The translations under genes were made by a program, and so were the position numbers. Positions 12,730 to 24,215 of a stretch of DNA of 64,000 nucleotides are shown here, one piece after another (the first letter of the stretch is position 1; the number at the start of each line of letters is the position of its first letter). The notes under the pieces are model-generated. The model ran no database searches, was not told the DNA's origin, and saw only the letters and a list, made by a program, of their open reading frames with translations. This DNA comes from Camelus dromedarius (lineage: Eukaryota), in contig NC_087437.1 of the NCBI RefSeq assembly GCF_036321535.1, forward strand, positions 94,676,001 to 94,740,000, in the 5' to 3' direction.

Positions 12730-13099
12730 GGCCTTTCAGGAGTGCCCTTTATCTCCATGATGCAGAGTGAACACCAAGGACTTATGGGAATGGAGATCAT
12801 CGGCCTCAAGCTAAGCAATTGACTCTTCCTCATTTCCTATCATGTTCAAATTGTAGTGTCTCTTTTATACAGACACAGGCTTAGGATCTACTTGAAAAAA
12901 TGACTTGTCAGCCTTTGGAGGGTAGAAGTTGTGACACTCAAGTGAGGGAAACCTGTGATGCTCTGGTCAGGAGATTCCTGTGTGTCAGAGTTGCTGATTA
13001 AATACCTGGCAAAGAGATCATCCTGTTTGTCTAATTGAACATTAAGGATCCATCTGTTTGCTGAGAAGATACCTTTCCATTTATGAAAGTGGTGGTCTC

Positions 13100-13575
13100 T
13101 TCCTCGCACTGCCTTGCTCAGAACTTGTAAGATCTGCTCCTCACTCTCAGACGATGCTCCTGCCCCTCAAATCAGCTTCATGTCTGATGTGACACGCACC
13201 TGCCGTTCACTATGGCTTTCCTACAGATGAGGTCTGCTCTAGCCACACAAGGCCCTCTTGATGTGGCCTTACAAAAACCTGATCTCTTCTCTCATCTTTT
13301 TACTCCTTTGTTGAATATCCTCATCCTTGTCATTATTTGTCCTTGACCAACATTTAATTATAGTCCTGCTTAAGTCAAAACTTCTCCCCCACATTCCCTT
13401 GATACATAACCCTTTTCCCAAACTCTTTTAGCATTAAATGTGTATTTCTTTAGAAACAGATTTATTTATGTTTCTATTTCTTTTTCTATATGTGCTTGGT
13501 GGTCTCTGATCAACGATGAGATTATAGGCATGGTTATGTCTAATACTTACCTGGTACCCAACACAGTGTCTATAT
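13100..13575 (+). mobile_element. Diverged L2 3' region
   Basis: Pyrimidine-rich sense L2 pattern ending ...tacccaacacagtgtct. Confidence 0.5.
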
Positions 13576-14598
13576 CCATCCAAGTGTCTATCCATCTATC
13601 TATATACATAGGTATCAATTGTGCTCCCATAGTTACTAAAAGAATTTCAGGTCTGCTAGTAGCCTATTTTATATACTTGTGTGCCCAATTAAAAATTGGT
13701 GTTAATGTTATTTGCATAAAACAGTTCTCTTTCTTTGCTTGTTAATTATTCATCAATTAAATAATGATTGCAACTATGTATAAATAACTGTTCTGATTAC
13801 CTGTGCATAGAGTAAGATGTTACCACGGCTAAAGATGTTTTCATTGGTCATGGCATTGGGGCATGTATCTTTATAGACCTAACATACTGAATCCAATTCG
13901 GGCAATATAAAAGTAATTGTGTTTGAGCTTTAAGTTCTCATCCATCTCTGATGTGCCATGATACTATGGATTACTATAACGTGATACCAAAATACAAACA
14001 ATGGGCAGAATGCTTTTAAGAAATGGGGAATCCTCTTTCATAAGCCATCAAAAGAAATTCACTGGTATCCCTTTAAAAGCAGGTACCAGGGATGGATTTA
14101 GGGCTTCCTGGAGGAAGTAACTTCCTGGAGGAAGTAAAGCAGGTAAGAACACAAGACACCAGCACTCACAGTTTTTGTTCTGACATGTTCACACCAATGA
14201 ATTACTTGTGTGAGCTATTTGTTGAGGGTCTTCAGTGTGTTAGATGCTGTGCTAGGGGGCCTAATAGGCAGATATCCCTTAGAAGTAGGGCATTTTATCA
14301 ACCCCTCCTGGTCCTGGTTTAAGGATTAGGGATGTAATGTTTAAACAAGAAATTTGCAAAAGGCCATAGGAATAAAATATATCTTTTAAGACCATCTGTA
14401 GTTGTAGTCAGAATATTATCCTCTAGACAAGTGCTTTCTCCTGTAAAATATGGTATGAAGATGTCACACATGTTTTTGTTGATTTATAGTTCAAGAAGTA
14501 ACCACTAGTGTTACACATGGCTAGGCAATCCTGTCTGTAACTGACAATTATAAACATGGATGCGTGTTTTGCAACCAAAGGAACACCAAGTCTTATCA

Positions 14599-16111
14599 AT
14601 TTCATTTCTTTCTTTCTTTTTAGGGGGTAGGGGGTGGGTAAAGGTATTTATTTAGAGAGATACATCAAAAGGCAAGAGAAAGGCCATGAGGTGTAGGGGG
14701 TTGGGTGCTTAGATTAGAGTAAAAGTAGGTACACACTCCATAGACAGAGTGTGGGCCATCTCTGAAGAGGGAGAGAGAGGGGACAGTGGCCATGCAGCGC
14801 TGTGTTGTCAGCTTTCATGGGCTCAGTGGCTTCTTGTGCTAATAAGTGGAAGGACCAGTCTAACTAGCCTGGGGAAGGGGCTGGGATTCCCAGGAAGTTG
14901 GCCATTTCCCACTCTTTGACCTTTTGTGGCTAGCCTTGGGACTGCCATGGTGCCTGTGGACGTGTTATTCACCATGCTCATATGTTACAATGGGCGTATA
15001 ATGAAGCTCAAGATCAACTAGAAGTCAGATCTCTCACCAGCTTGAGCCTCAGGGCCGACTGGGCGTTGAATCTTTTGCCATTCTGGTGTTCATTGTTGTG
15101 TTATTCCTTGAATGGCTGTGCCCTGCCCTATTCCTGTCTCATTCCCCCCTCAGAGATTTTACTCCCATAATCTTATGGAGTTACAGAGGGGTGATGGTCT
15201 GTTTTCTGAAACTAATTCCGGGCTGAGTAGGGGCGTTGAGCCTGTCTATCAGGGAGTAAAAATCTCTGAATGTCTAATCTAGGGGCCCCAGGGGCAGGAC
15301 AGCTGTTTGCTTTTGCATCCAAGGGCTGAGGGTGTGGGCTGGAATCCTGGCACAGCCATCATCTGATGTGGGACTGTTGTAACCCACTGTTTTCACTGAC
15401 TTCTGACGAATTTCCTTAAAGATGAAGCAGCTTTGCAACAGCAGTTTAACAGTCTGTAACGACAAAAAGACTTAAAAGGCATGGTTAAATGTCTGCAATC
15501 GATAGAGACTTGTTTGTAATTATTAGAATTATGACTGATTATATTTAACTTAATATATTAAATAATCTTAGTTAACTTAATATCCAAGATGCCTCAGTTT
15601 TTTTTTTAAAGCATTTTAAAGTTAACTGGAGCTACAAAGAACTTTTAGAATTTGTTAAATACTTTAAATCCTGATTATGCTTCAAATTCTTTAGTTATTT
15701 TTTTATGAAACTCTTTTCCTGAAAACATATCTCTTACTTTTCCACTGTATATTGAAATACTTATTTTAGGAACTTTAATTACATATAATTTTAACCCTTA
15801 AAGAACTTAAATCTCTGGCAAAAAACGAGAAGCAAGCAACTGTGAATTGGTTGTCATATCACCATTTCCTGACTGGAAACTTATGTTTTAGTTTTTTTCT
15901 CCTAATGTAAAAAAACTTTCAAAAAAGTAAACAAAATAAGAGATTTTGGGTAAACTCTATAGGAGTTGTTGTGAAAATATCTAAAATTGTCTCTCCAAAT
16001 TTTGGTACTTAAAACTTGAAACTATCTGTGTCATTTATAAAATATTAAAACATTAATTGCTAGGCAGGTCTAAGTTTATCTCCCTTTGCCTTAGAACGAT
16101 TTCATCTCTTT
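14599..16111 (-). mobile_element. Processed (L1-retroposed) ERV1/MER4-group transcript: 5'-truncated internal region + PPT + U3-R + A-rich tail
   Basis: TSD atttcatttcttt (14599-14611) / atttcatctcttt (16099-16111); T-rich tail to 14621; AATAAA(-) at 14647-14652; LTR start TGAGACAGG(-) at 15141 preceded by PPT AGGGGGGAA (15142-15150); AT-rich non-coding internal region. Confidence 0.8.
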
Positions 16112-16265
16112 AAGATCTATCCATCTGTCTATCTCTACTGCCAGAACACAAGGCTATTATCATCTCTTGCTTGGACTTCTGCAATAGCCTATAACTGGTT
16201 TTCCAGTTACAACTCTTACTTCTCCAAATCCATTTACCACATTATAGCCATTATTCTTTATTTAA
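16112..16265 (+). mobile_element. L2 fragment, continuation of the L2 interrupted at 14599
   Basis: Removing the insertion gives accaagtcttatcaatttcatctctttaagatctatccatctgtctatctctactgcc...ttggacttctgcaatagcctataactggt, a contiguous L2 motif. Confidence 0.75.
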
Positions 16266-16479
16266 TTTAAATCTCCCTTATGTGAGAATTAAGACTTTAT
16301 ATGTTGTGAACAAATATGCTGATTCTCACTGGATTTAAGATTTTATTTATATATATATAGGAATGTATTTTTTTCCTTCTCATTCTACTCTCTGCATCCC
16401 TTCCCTATCTGACTTGAAGTGGTAGTGACATCTTGGAAAGTTATTTAACAAAGGAAAACATTTTAATTTCAAAAGACTG

Positions 16480-17430
16480 CTGGTCACCCCTGATATTCAA
16501 ATCTTACTGGATAGTTCCACTCTAAGGTTTTCATCTCCGAAACCTAGCAGCAACCTTGAAACCCCTTTTCGCTTACCCTCTATGTACAATTCATTAGCCA
16601 GTCTTGTCAATTCTGCCTCCAGAATGTTTTTAACATATTCACTTCCATTTATTTTTCTTTATTTCTATCACTACTAGTATGTCTTTTTAAAATTATTTTT
16701 ATTTTTTAATTATTTTTTGATGGAGGTACTGGAGATTGAACCCAGGACCTCACATATGCTAAGCATGTGTTCTACCATTGAGCTACACCCACCCTGCTCT
16801 TATCATTATTATCTTATCATTATATAAGGTCTCCTAACTGGTCTTCCCACTTCCATCGTGACATCCTCCATAATTTTCTCTCTGTTGAAAGGAAGGAGAA
16901 TAACCTTTTAATGCAAAGATCTATTCTTTCTTAAAACCTTAGAATAAAGTTCAGAATTCTTAACAAAGCTTTCAAACCAAAAGGCTCAAATGGAAAAGTT
17001 CTCCAGTGGAAAAGTTCTCCACCTATCTCTTTAGCTGTTCTTTCATCCCGACATGTGCCAAGCTCTCCTATGCCTAAGAAAATTTTGCATAAGATTTCTG
17101 TCTGGCTGAACATATTTTCTGTATTTTCCACGTTCGCCTTGAATGTGCTTGTTCATTCTATCTCTTCTTACATATAACTTCCTCAAAGAACCTTGAAGAC
17201 CCTTTGCTACAATCTCTTTATGACACTTTCCCTTTCACTTAATGGCAGATGCAATTTAAAAGTATCTAATGGTGGGATTTTGTTACATGGCATCTATTTC
17301 CATTTACTAGAATATCAGCTCCATGAGGGCAACCACCACATCATTTGATTCACTGCAACTCCTCAGCAATTAGCCTCCTGCCTGACGCATGTTGGGTGCT
17401 CAGAAAGCACATGTTGAAATGAGTGAATTG
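16480..17430 (+). mobile_element. L2 3' region, interrupted by a SINE
   Basis: cagtcttgtcaattctgcctccagaatg...ctcctaactggtcttccc...cagctccatgagggca...tgcctgacgcatgttgggtgctcag...gttgaaatgagtgaa. Confidence 0.8.
16684..16794 (-). mobile_element. Full-length tRNA-derived SINE (camelid Vic-1-like)
   Basis: Reverse complement gggtgggtgtagctcaatggtagaacacatgcttagcatatgtgaggtcctgggttcaatctccagtacctcca + A-rich tail; Pol III A and B boxes. Confidence 0.9.
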
Positions 17431-17773
17431 CCAGAGGTTTTTGACTGCTCCCAGTAATTCCCGTGAGTCAGGATTTTTTATTAGGTTAGTTAACATGATG
17501 GTACTGATCAGTTTCACTTAGGAAGCATGAGATTGCTCACCTCCGTCAACTCAAACTAGAGTGTGTTTGCACAGCCAAGTGGAAACGCACTTTACCTGTT
17601 TCATGTTTTAAGTTGAAATAGCTGTAGACGTGTGGAATTTAGGGTGTGACTGCCAAATAACTGGCTTTGTACCAGTTCATAACTTTAGAGCAGATTAAAC
17701 CCATCTGCTGATAATCTTCAGTGTCTTTATGTTAACAAGTTTGCAAATTTGAGGGCTAGTCTGAGAATGTTAC

Positions 17774-18091
17774 TAGAATTTCCTATTTGTCTATAACATC
17801 TTGTAATACTAGTGGCCAAAGAAAGCAAATGAGAGCATATAACTCAATACACACCCCATATTTATAATTGCTCCCTCTTGATCTTCAAGGTCTCGTGAGC
17901 TGAAAGTTAATAGAGACTGTAAGCTTTGAGCTTTCACTAGTATAGTGTGTATTATAAGAGACTAAGTCCTGCTTTTATTTGATGGTTCTAATTGACTTTA
18001 ACTAAAAGGAAATAAATGTAAGTAGAATTTCCTGTTTATTTGTAACATCTTGTGATACTTATGAACAAGGAAAGCAAATGACAGCATATAA
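17774..18091. repeat. Dispersed 69-bp direct repeat (17774-17842, 18023-18091)
   Basis: 58/69 identical, ungapped, by manual alignment. Confidence 0.9.
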
Positions 18092-18634
18092 ATAATGTTG
18101 AGAGCATAAAAGAAGTTATTGTGGCTCTTTGAAAGAGTCATATTTTAATTTAAAAATTTACCAACTCAAATTAATACCCAATAATGTAGGAAAAATGTAC
18201 TGTCAGTTCAATAGACTTTTGATGATTTTCTTCCTTGTGCAGCAGTAATTACTGAATTTAGGGCTATAAACAGAATATAATACAGTCAGGCCCACAATGA
18301 GCTACATACCTAGTGTGGCACACACACGTCCATGTGAACATACACACTCACACACTTTTAAACTCTAAAATAATTGCTGAGTTTTCTACTTTCAGACGAA
18401 TAAGTCATGAGAAAAATGGATAATTATGCCTGAGAAAGTCTGAGAAGATAAACTTCTGTTAAAGCTATTAAGCATTAATAGGATTATACAGAGTAGAGAT
18501 GGGTAAAAGGTATTTCAAGGAGAAAGATAATATAAGAAGAACTGACAGTCTGGAAAGTTCATGTTCTTTTGGAGAATGGGGAGTTTCCTAGTATGGTTAG
18601 ATTTTACAGCTCATCATAGGAACGAGAAAAAAAA

Positions 18635-18845
18635 AAGCCTTCTTTAATGCCCCCAGAAAGTCAGACATTTTCTTGTCTGTGATTCCACAGAAACTGCATA
18701 TGGATGTTTACGTTTATCATATCATGTGAAAAACTATCTGCTTAAAGGTCTGCTCTTTACATTATGAGCTTATTTTACGGATATTTTCTACTGATAATAT
18801 ATCTGATGTGTTACAGGCATTCAAGAAGTATTTCTTGACTCAAAG
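18635..18845 (+). mobile_element. Diverged L2 3' end
   Basis: gccttctttaatgccccc...attatgagctt...caggcattcaagaagtatttcttgac. Confidence 0.5.
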
Positions 18846-18974
18846 AGTTTGAAAATTTTACGTTAGAAGTGGATTCAGAGTGCTCTTCCTTATAGGACTA
18901 GTTAAGAATTTTACAGCCTTATCAGTTTTGCTTTAATTGTTAGGAGAGTCTTCATAATAATCTGAACTTCTAGC

Positions 18975-19271
18975 TTCTATTTAAAACTTGAAACATCTGG
19001 CAACCCAGAATCTGCAGTTCCCATGGCAACATTCAGCTGGGGTTGAGTGGCACCTGTTGCCTTTCACAGAGATATCTCCACTGAGAGCCGCAGTCCCCAC
19101 CTCTCCCTCTTGCTTCACCTCAGCCTGTTTCACCTATTTATGTTATGGGCTTGGCTGCTGTAGACCTTTCTCTCTCTCTCTCTCTCTCTCCCTCTCTTTC
19201 TCTCTCTCTTTCTCTCCCTCTCCTGCTGCAGCATAGGAGACTAACAAGAAACAGCACATTCTCAGGTATGT
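18975..19271 (+). promoter_or_regulatory. Candidate non-CpG promoter and non-coding first exon of an unidentified gene
   Basis: Perfect RFX X-box GTTCCCATGGCAAC (19017-19030), E-boxes CATCTG/CAGCTG/CACCTG, (CT)n tract, strong donor CAG|GTATGT at 19265/19266; no recognisable TE. Confidence 0.5.
19166..19223. repeat. (CT)n polypyrimidine microsatellite
   Basis: ctttctctctctctctctctctctccctctctttctctctctctttctctccctctcc seen directly. Confidence 0.95.
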
Positions 19272-20449
19272 GTTTTAGAAATATGTTTGGGCAGCTGTGT
19301 GAACTATTTAACTGTAGAATTCGGTCAGGTTGTAGAATATTACTGTGTTTAAGCAGTATCCTAAAATAGCTTTATGTGCTTGTTAAAACAAGTGTATGTA
19401 TATTATGGCCCTATAATGTTCTTAAAAGCATGACATTATTTTTATTTTTAAAAAAATATAAATATTTGCCCCAAAGTGAAGATGCGCGTCTCATGTTGGG
19501 ACAGCGTAGTTCCAAAATAATCAAGACATAACTGCAATTTGCCCACGGGAAATAGACCTGACTGTAAAACAGAGAAGTCTAATTTGCTAAAAAATCTGCT
19601 CAGCTCACAAGGTGATAAAAATCATCCTGCAGGAAACAGGAGAGATGGAATATACCAACATGTATTTATAAAGCAAACAAGTGTCTACAGTGCAATGCAG
19701 TTGATCCTTGAATGTGCGATGTGCATTACATTTGCCTGCTTCATGGATCTGTGATATTTTTGGCAGATTGTCTTTTCACATTATTCTTTGAATCTATAAT
19801 TTACATAGTACAAGCTAAGTAGGAAAGCTGATTGTTTACCCCTCCCCATTTTCAGAGATATTTTTATCACGTCTCAGCAGCAGATACTTATACATCTAAT
19901 CTCTTCTCCAAGATGTTAGATAGAGCTTTGAGAAAAAGTAGGTTTTTTTTTTCTTTCCCTAACAACCACCTCTGTTTGAAATGAGGTGTGTTTGCAGTGC
20001 CAAAATTAAATATTCAGATTCGTCAAGTACTATAATCTGTGGAACAGAATGGGTAGGTGGGAAAATGCTGAAATCTCCTATCGTGTTATGAAAAATGTTG
20101 ACAAACATTTGGAACAAGTGAGAGTTGGCAAGAGCAGGTTAGGAACTGGTAGCCGCAGAAAGACCAGAGAGAACTGTCAGCTCATCGCTCCTGACATTTT
20201 TCTTATGGATAGAGGAAGCTTTTGCATCCCTTCTTTTTTTTTTTTTTTTTTTTTAACATTCCCTGCATAATTCAAATGGAAAGCCTGATGAGACCGTACC
20301 TGCTTTTTTAAAATTTATGGGGAAAAAACAGCCTTTCTGCATTTCTGCTGAGTAAAATGACAGGATTGGCTCCAGGGTTTTCTACTCCCAGTAAAAGCCT
20401 TCAGGTTCGTGTGTGACAGGACTCTCCATCGAGGTTATTTTTACCTGGC

Positions 20450-20558
20450 ATGGCTGTGCTGTTACTGATGCTGCTGCTCTCGATGGCAGAAATAACTTCT
20501 CCTGTGGGTGTCTCAGGCAGAATGAAAGCCGGATCAAGGTGGAGAGGTGAAAAGAATC
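20450..20558 (+). CDS. Candidate first coding exon (MAVLLLMLLLSMAEITSPVGVSGRMKAGSRWRGEKN, phase-1 donor); may instead be 5' UTR
   Basis: ggcATGg Kozak context, hydrophobic N-terminus, donor ATC|GTGAGT at 20558/20559, upstream AG acceptors at 20391 and 20404; protein not recognised. Confidence 0.35.
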
Positions 20559-21340
20559 GTGAGTAACCAGGAATTTTCACTCTTGGTGCATTTCTTTCTT
20601 TCTTTCTTCTGTATATTTAGGAATGTGTCGGATTCGACTAGCTTTGCAGTTCACAGCATATCGAAGAGGTTGTTTTAAGGCTTAAAAATAATTTTACGCA
20701 TTAAATATGCATGCAGAATAAATGGACTCCACCTTCTGCAGGCTCCACACATCTGCAATATTGTTCTGGATTCCACTGCAAGACTTTTGCTTGGCTTTTC
20801 TGGTTAACTCTTACAATTCCTGAGACTGTAAAGACTTGGAGCAGATAGATCCAAAAGCCATATGTGGAAGTTAACACTAGCTATTCTACATTGAGTTCAA
20901 ATATGTTGCTCACATTTGTTGATATTCAAATGCTAGCAATGTAATGCTGTTTTTTACATCTAAGCATTTTGTTCTGAGGGTAACCAGAAAGGAAACTTAG
21001 AAGTAGCAAATGTCTGAGGCACTCTGATTCGAATAACTTAAGAGTCTATGTTTTACAATTGGGAATTGCAGGTTGATAAATATATTACTCCTTAGCCTCA
21101 TTAACTTCTTTACTCTCTCCCTATGGAAACGCAAGACCGCCACAATTTCACTGTTGCACGTGTCTATGTATTTAAGGCATATAGTACTGAAAGTACTATT
21201 TTAGTTTTAGAACTGAATCTGTTTCTGGTGAAGGAAATGGATTTGACATTTGTTTCTCTCCGAGCTAATTGGCAGATCCAGTCACTGTCTCTTCTCCCTT
21301 CTACCCTCCCATAGGCTACTATAGGTGGAAGGGTCCCATT

Positions 21341-21343
<3 letters not shown>

Positions 21344-21379
<36 letters not shown>
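21344..21379. repeat. (GT)18 microsatellite
   Basis: Uninterrupted GT run seen directly. Confidence 0.97.
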
Positions 21380-21382
<3 letters not shown>

Positions 21383-22169
21383 AAGCTTAGATGTAGCTAT
21401 ATTCCTCTTCTCCAAGCTTAGAGATGGATGCATTCCTCTTGTCTATATCTTTCTTCAAAAGCAAAATATAAAAATGGACCAAGGAATCTGCTTGGAGAAG
21501 GGGAAGGCTTCTTTCAAAATGTCATCGAATGCTCAGAGGAGGCATGCCAATAAGCTTATTTTACTGGAACTACAGTCCAGAAGATTCAAGTAACCCTAGA
21601 GCTAATTGCTAAGCTTGTGACTTTTGTTTTAATCACAGCTTTGGCCCAGGTACAGTTTTGCTTTACTGATGTGAAATGCTCTGATGGAAAGATCAACAGG
21701 GACCCTGAGCCTGATAAGCTGGAAAAAGTTATAGATTTAACTTATTCAACTTTCAGTTGAATTTCTCAGTAATTGATTATTGCTGTCCTTTAATCTTCCT
21801 TCCTCTTTTTCCTTTAATCTCTTTTTCTCCTTGTCATGATTCAGAAAAGGCGCACATATGGGTCTGATATCTACACCATCCACAAATAAGAAGTGATTGA
21901 TTTTATTGACCATTTCCTCTCTGGACCTGAATGTTGCCTTGATGTTCTCCCTCATTATTCTAAGGTGGGACCAAGAACTCTAATCCCCACTGGCGAATGC
22001 GAAGAAGAATTCACTCATCCCCCAACTCCAAGTGACATCAGTTTTACTCCACATATTGGACTTAAATCTATTCACTCTAGCCCATAAGATTTGTTATAAT
22101 TTTTGTTTATCTAGTCTTATAAGTTTATAATATTTTCATGTCCATTATATGAAAATGTATCTACAATAA

Positions 22170-22340
22170 TATCATGATTAGCAAGAATAGATACAATACT
22201 TCCACTTAAAGAAGAAGAAACTGATATACCAAAAAGTTAAATGACTTAACTCCAAAACGTTCACGCAGTTAGGTTACAGACACTGCTCTATAATCACTGT
22301 TTAGACTTCTAATTCAGTGTTCTTTCCATGGCACCAAGCT
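22170..22340 (-). mobile_element. Diverged MIR
   Basis: gaagaagaaactgatatacc-aaaaagttaaatgactt...gacttctaattcagtgttctttccatggcacc. Confidence 0.55.
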
Positions 22341-23389
22341 CCCTCAGAGGACAGTCTGACTGTAGGAAACCCAATCCTAGTTCCTGAGTCAGCTTTGGGT
22401 TCATTTTCAAAACAATAGGTTCAAAATGACTCAGTTTGAAAATACTCAAGCTGTTACTCTTTCATGTAGGCATTCCCAAAGTCTTCATTCTGGTTGTAGG
22501 TAAATAAATATCTTCAGAAGACCGTTAGCAAGCTACAGATAGAAAGTTTAAGAATTTCCAAACTTTCAAAAAATTATTTTTAGGGAAATTATTCTTGGAA
22601 ACAACTGGGACTGCGGATGGATCAGGAAAAAAATATGGGTGGAACTTGATCAACTAGTTGTCCTAAAAGAGAGGCATAGTTTTCTGTTTTTAAATTGACT
22701 TCTCAAGAGGTGACTGAACTGTAATTTCTGTATTATGATTGCTGTGGTGGTCTTCAATGCCAAAAACAGCAGGGGCACTGCAAAGTCTTAACCCTGTGCT
22801 TCTCTCTTTTACTTTTCAAATAATGCTTGGGAAACACAAAAGTGAGTGATCTAAGCATACCTTTGTGTTGAAGAGAGTGGGTGAGAACTGCTGAGGCAAT
22901 TCATTGAGAATTTCTCAACTGAGAGAATTCCTGTTGGGATCAGTTGTCTCACAACCATGGGTAAATTGTGATAAAAAGCTTATGTTAAACTTAGTAAATA
23001 TCCTTTGGGGGGATTTGTGAGTATATTTAGAGGGATATTTAATTTCCTAACGAATTGAGAGCTATATATTATACTTAAAATGGTAGTGATGAAAGTCAAC
23101 ATAAGAAATCTCAATCAGAATTTCCAATTTTCAAAGAATGTCAAGTCCCAGGTCTTGGCATCAGTCTGCGTGTCTAAGGAAATTTATATTCTTTGTTGCC
23201 TACATCAGAAACTTTATTGATCTTTTCAGTTTTTTTTGGTCATTTTCTATTCACGGACCTCTAAAAGCTTAAAAAGACTTCAGAGGTTGTTAAAGATAAT
23301 CTTCTACTTCAAAATGGACTGCATATGTTATTTGAGAGATTTTAGTGCCCGTAAATGTTTCCTTTGCTTGCATTTTTTTCAGTAACTAG

Positions 23390-23556
23390 AATTTGATTAT
23401 TTTAGTATTTGTCCGACATTTTACATCTGTTTACAATTTTGCCCATTTCTTGAAATTGTGAACTCAAGGAAGAGACTCTTTGTATCATTTTCAGCATTTA
23501 GTAGAATTCCTGGCACATTGTAAAAACTCAATGATTATTCACTCAAACAAATGGAC
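23390..23556 (+). mobile_element. L2 3' end
   Basis: ttgtgaactcaaggaagagact...cagcatttagtagaattcctggcacattgtaaaaactcaat. Confidence 0.7.
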
Positions 23557-23659
23557 TCTTCAAGAATATCAATCAAATTTGAGAGTGTAAATTAGTATAC
23601 CAGCTAAATAAGTTCTTTGGAACATGTAAAATTATTGAATATAACCTTATGATTTGATG

Positions 23660-24215
23660 AAAGTATGCACAAAGATATCCACCAAGATATTAGTTTTTGC
23701 AAGAATATGTAAATGTAAAATAGAGAAAGGTAAATAAATAGAGTAGATCCTGTAAAATGTAATCATTTTCAAACATAAAAAGTAAGTTTTAAAAAAATTG
23801 CAGTATAGGAAATGCTTAAAGTGTAACATTTGGTGAAAAAAAAGGCTGTAATGATTTATATACACTTTGACTCAAAAAAAGAACACATAAAGACCTTCTT
23901 AAATAAAAAAGAACTGCATGCCATATAATTCTCAATTCTCTAGTCCTGTTTTTTATAGCATTTATCGTTATTTAACTTTATCTCATATATGTTTTTATGT
24001 ATTTATTTCTCCACCAATAGAATGACTAGAAACCCCAAGAAGGCAAGAAGTCTGTCTCTCCTGTTATTGTCTCTGTCTCTGGCTCTAGTAAAGAAAGTTT
24101 GAGGAGAAATTCAATTGAAAGGAAATGCTCCAAATTAAGGGTTTTCGTTAGGCATTGTGATTATATACAATCTCTAATTATTTTTTTAAATATTTTAAGG
24201 CTTTTCTCAATTAAA
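23660..24215 (+). mobile_element. Diverged L1ME-type 3' fragments with an intervening L2 piece (~23890-24090)
   Basis: atgcacaaagatatccacc...ataggaaatgcttaaagtgtaacatt...; ttttatagcatttatc...gactagaaaccccaagaaggcaag. Confidence 0.45.

Noticed and set aside
12376..12822. 148-aa ORF
   Set aside because: Mostly overlaps an MLT1 LTR; no recognisable protein family
16720..16794. tRNA gene
   Set aside because: Has A/B boxes but also an A-rich tail and substitutions relative to a tRNA, and it interrupts an L2; it is a tRNA-derived SINE
18975..20566. Assigning a gene symbol to the candidate promoter/exons
   Set aside because: I could not match the exon sequences or peptide to any gene with confidence
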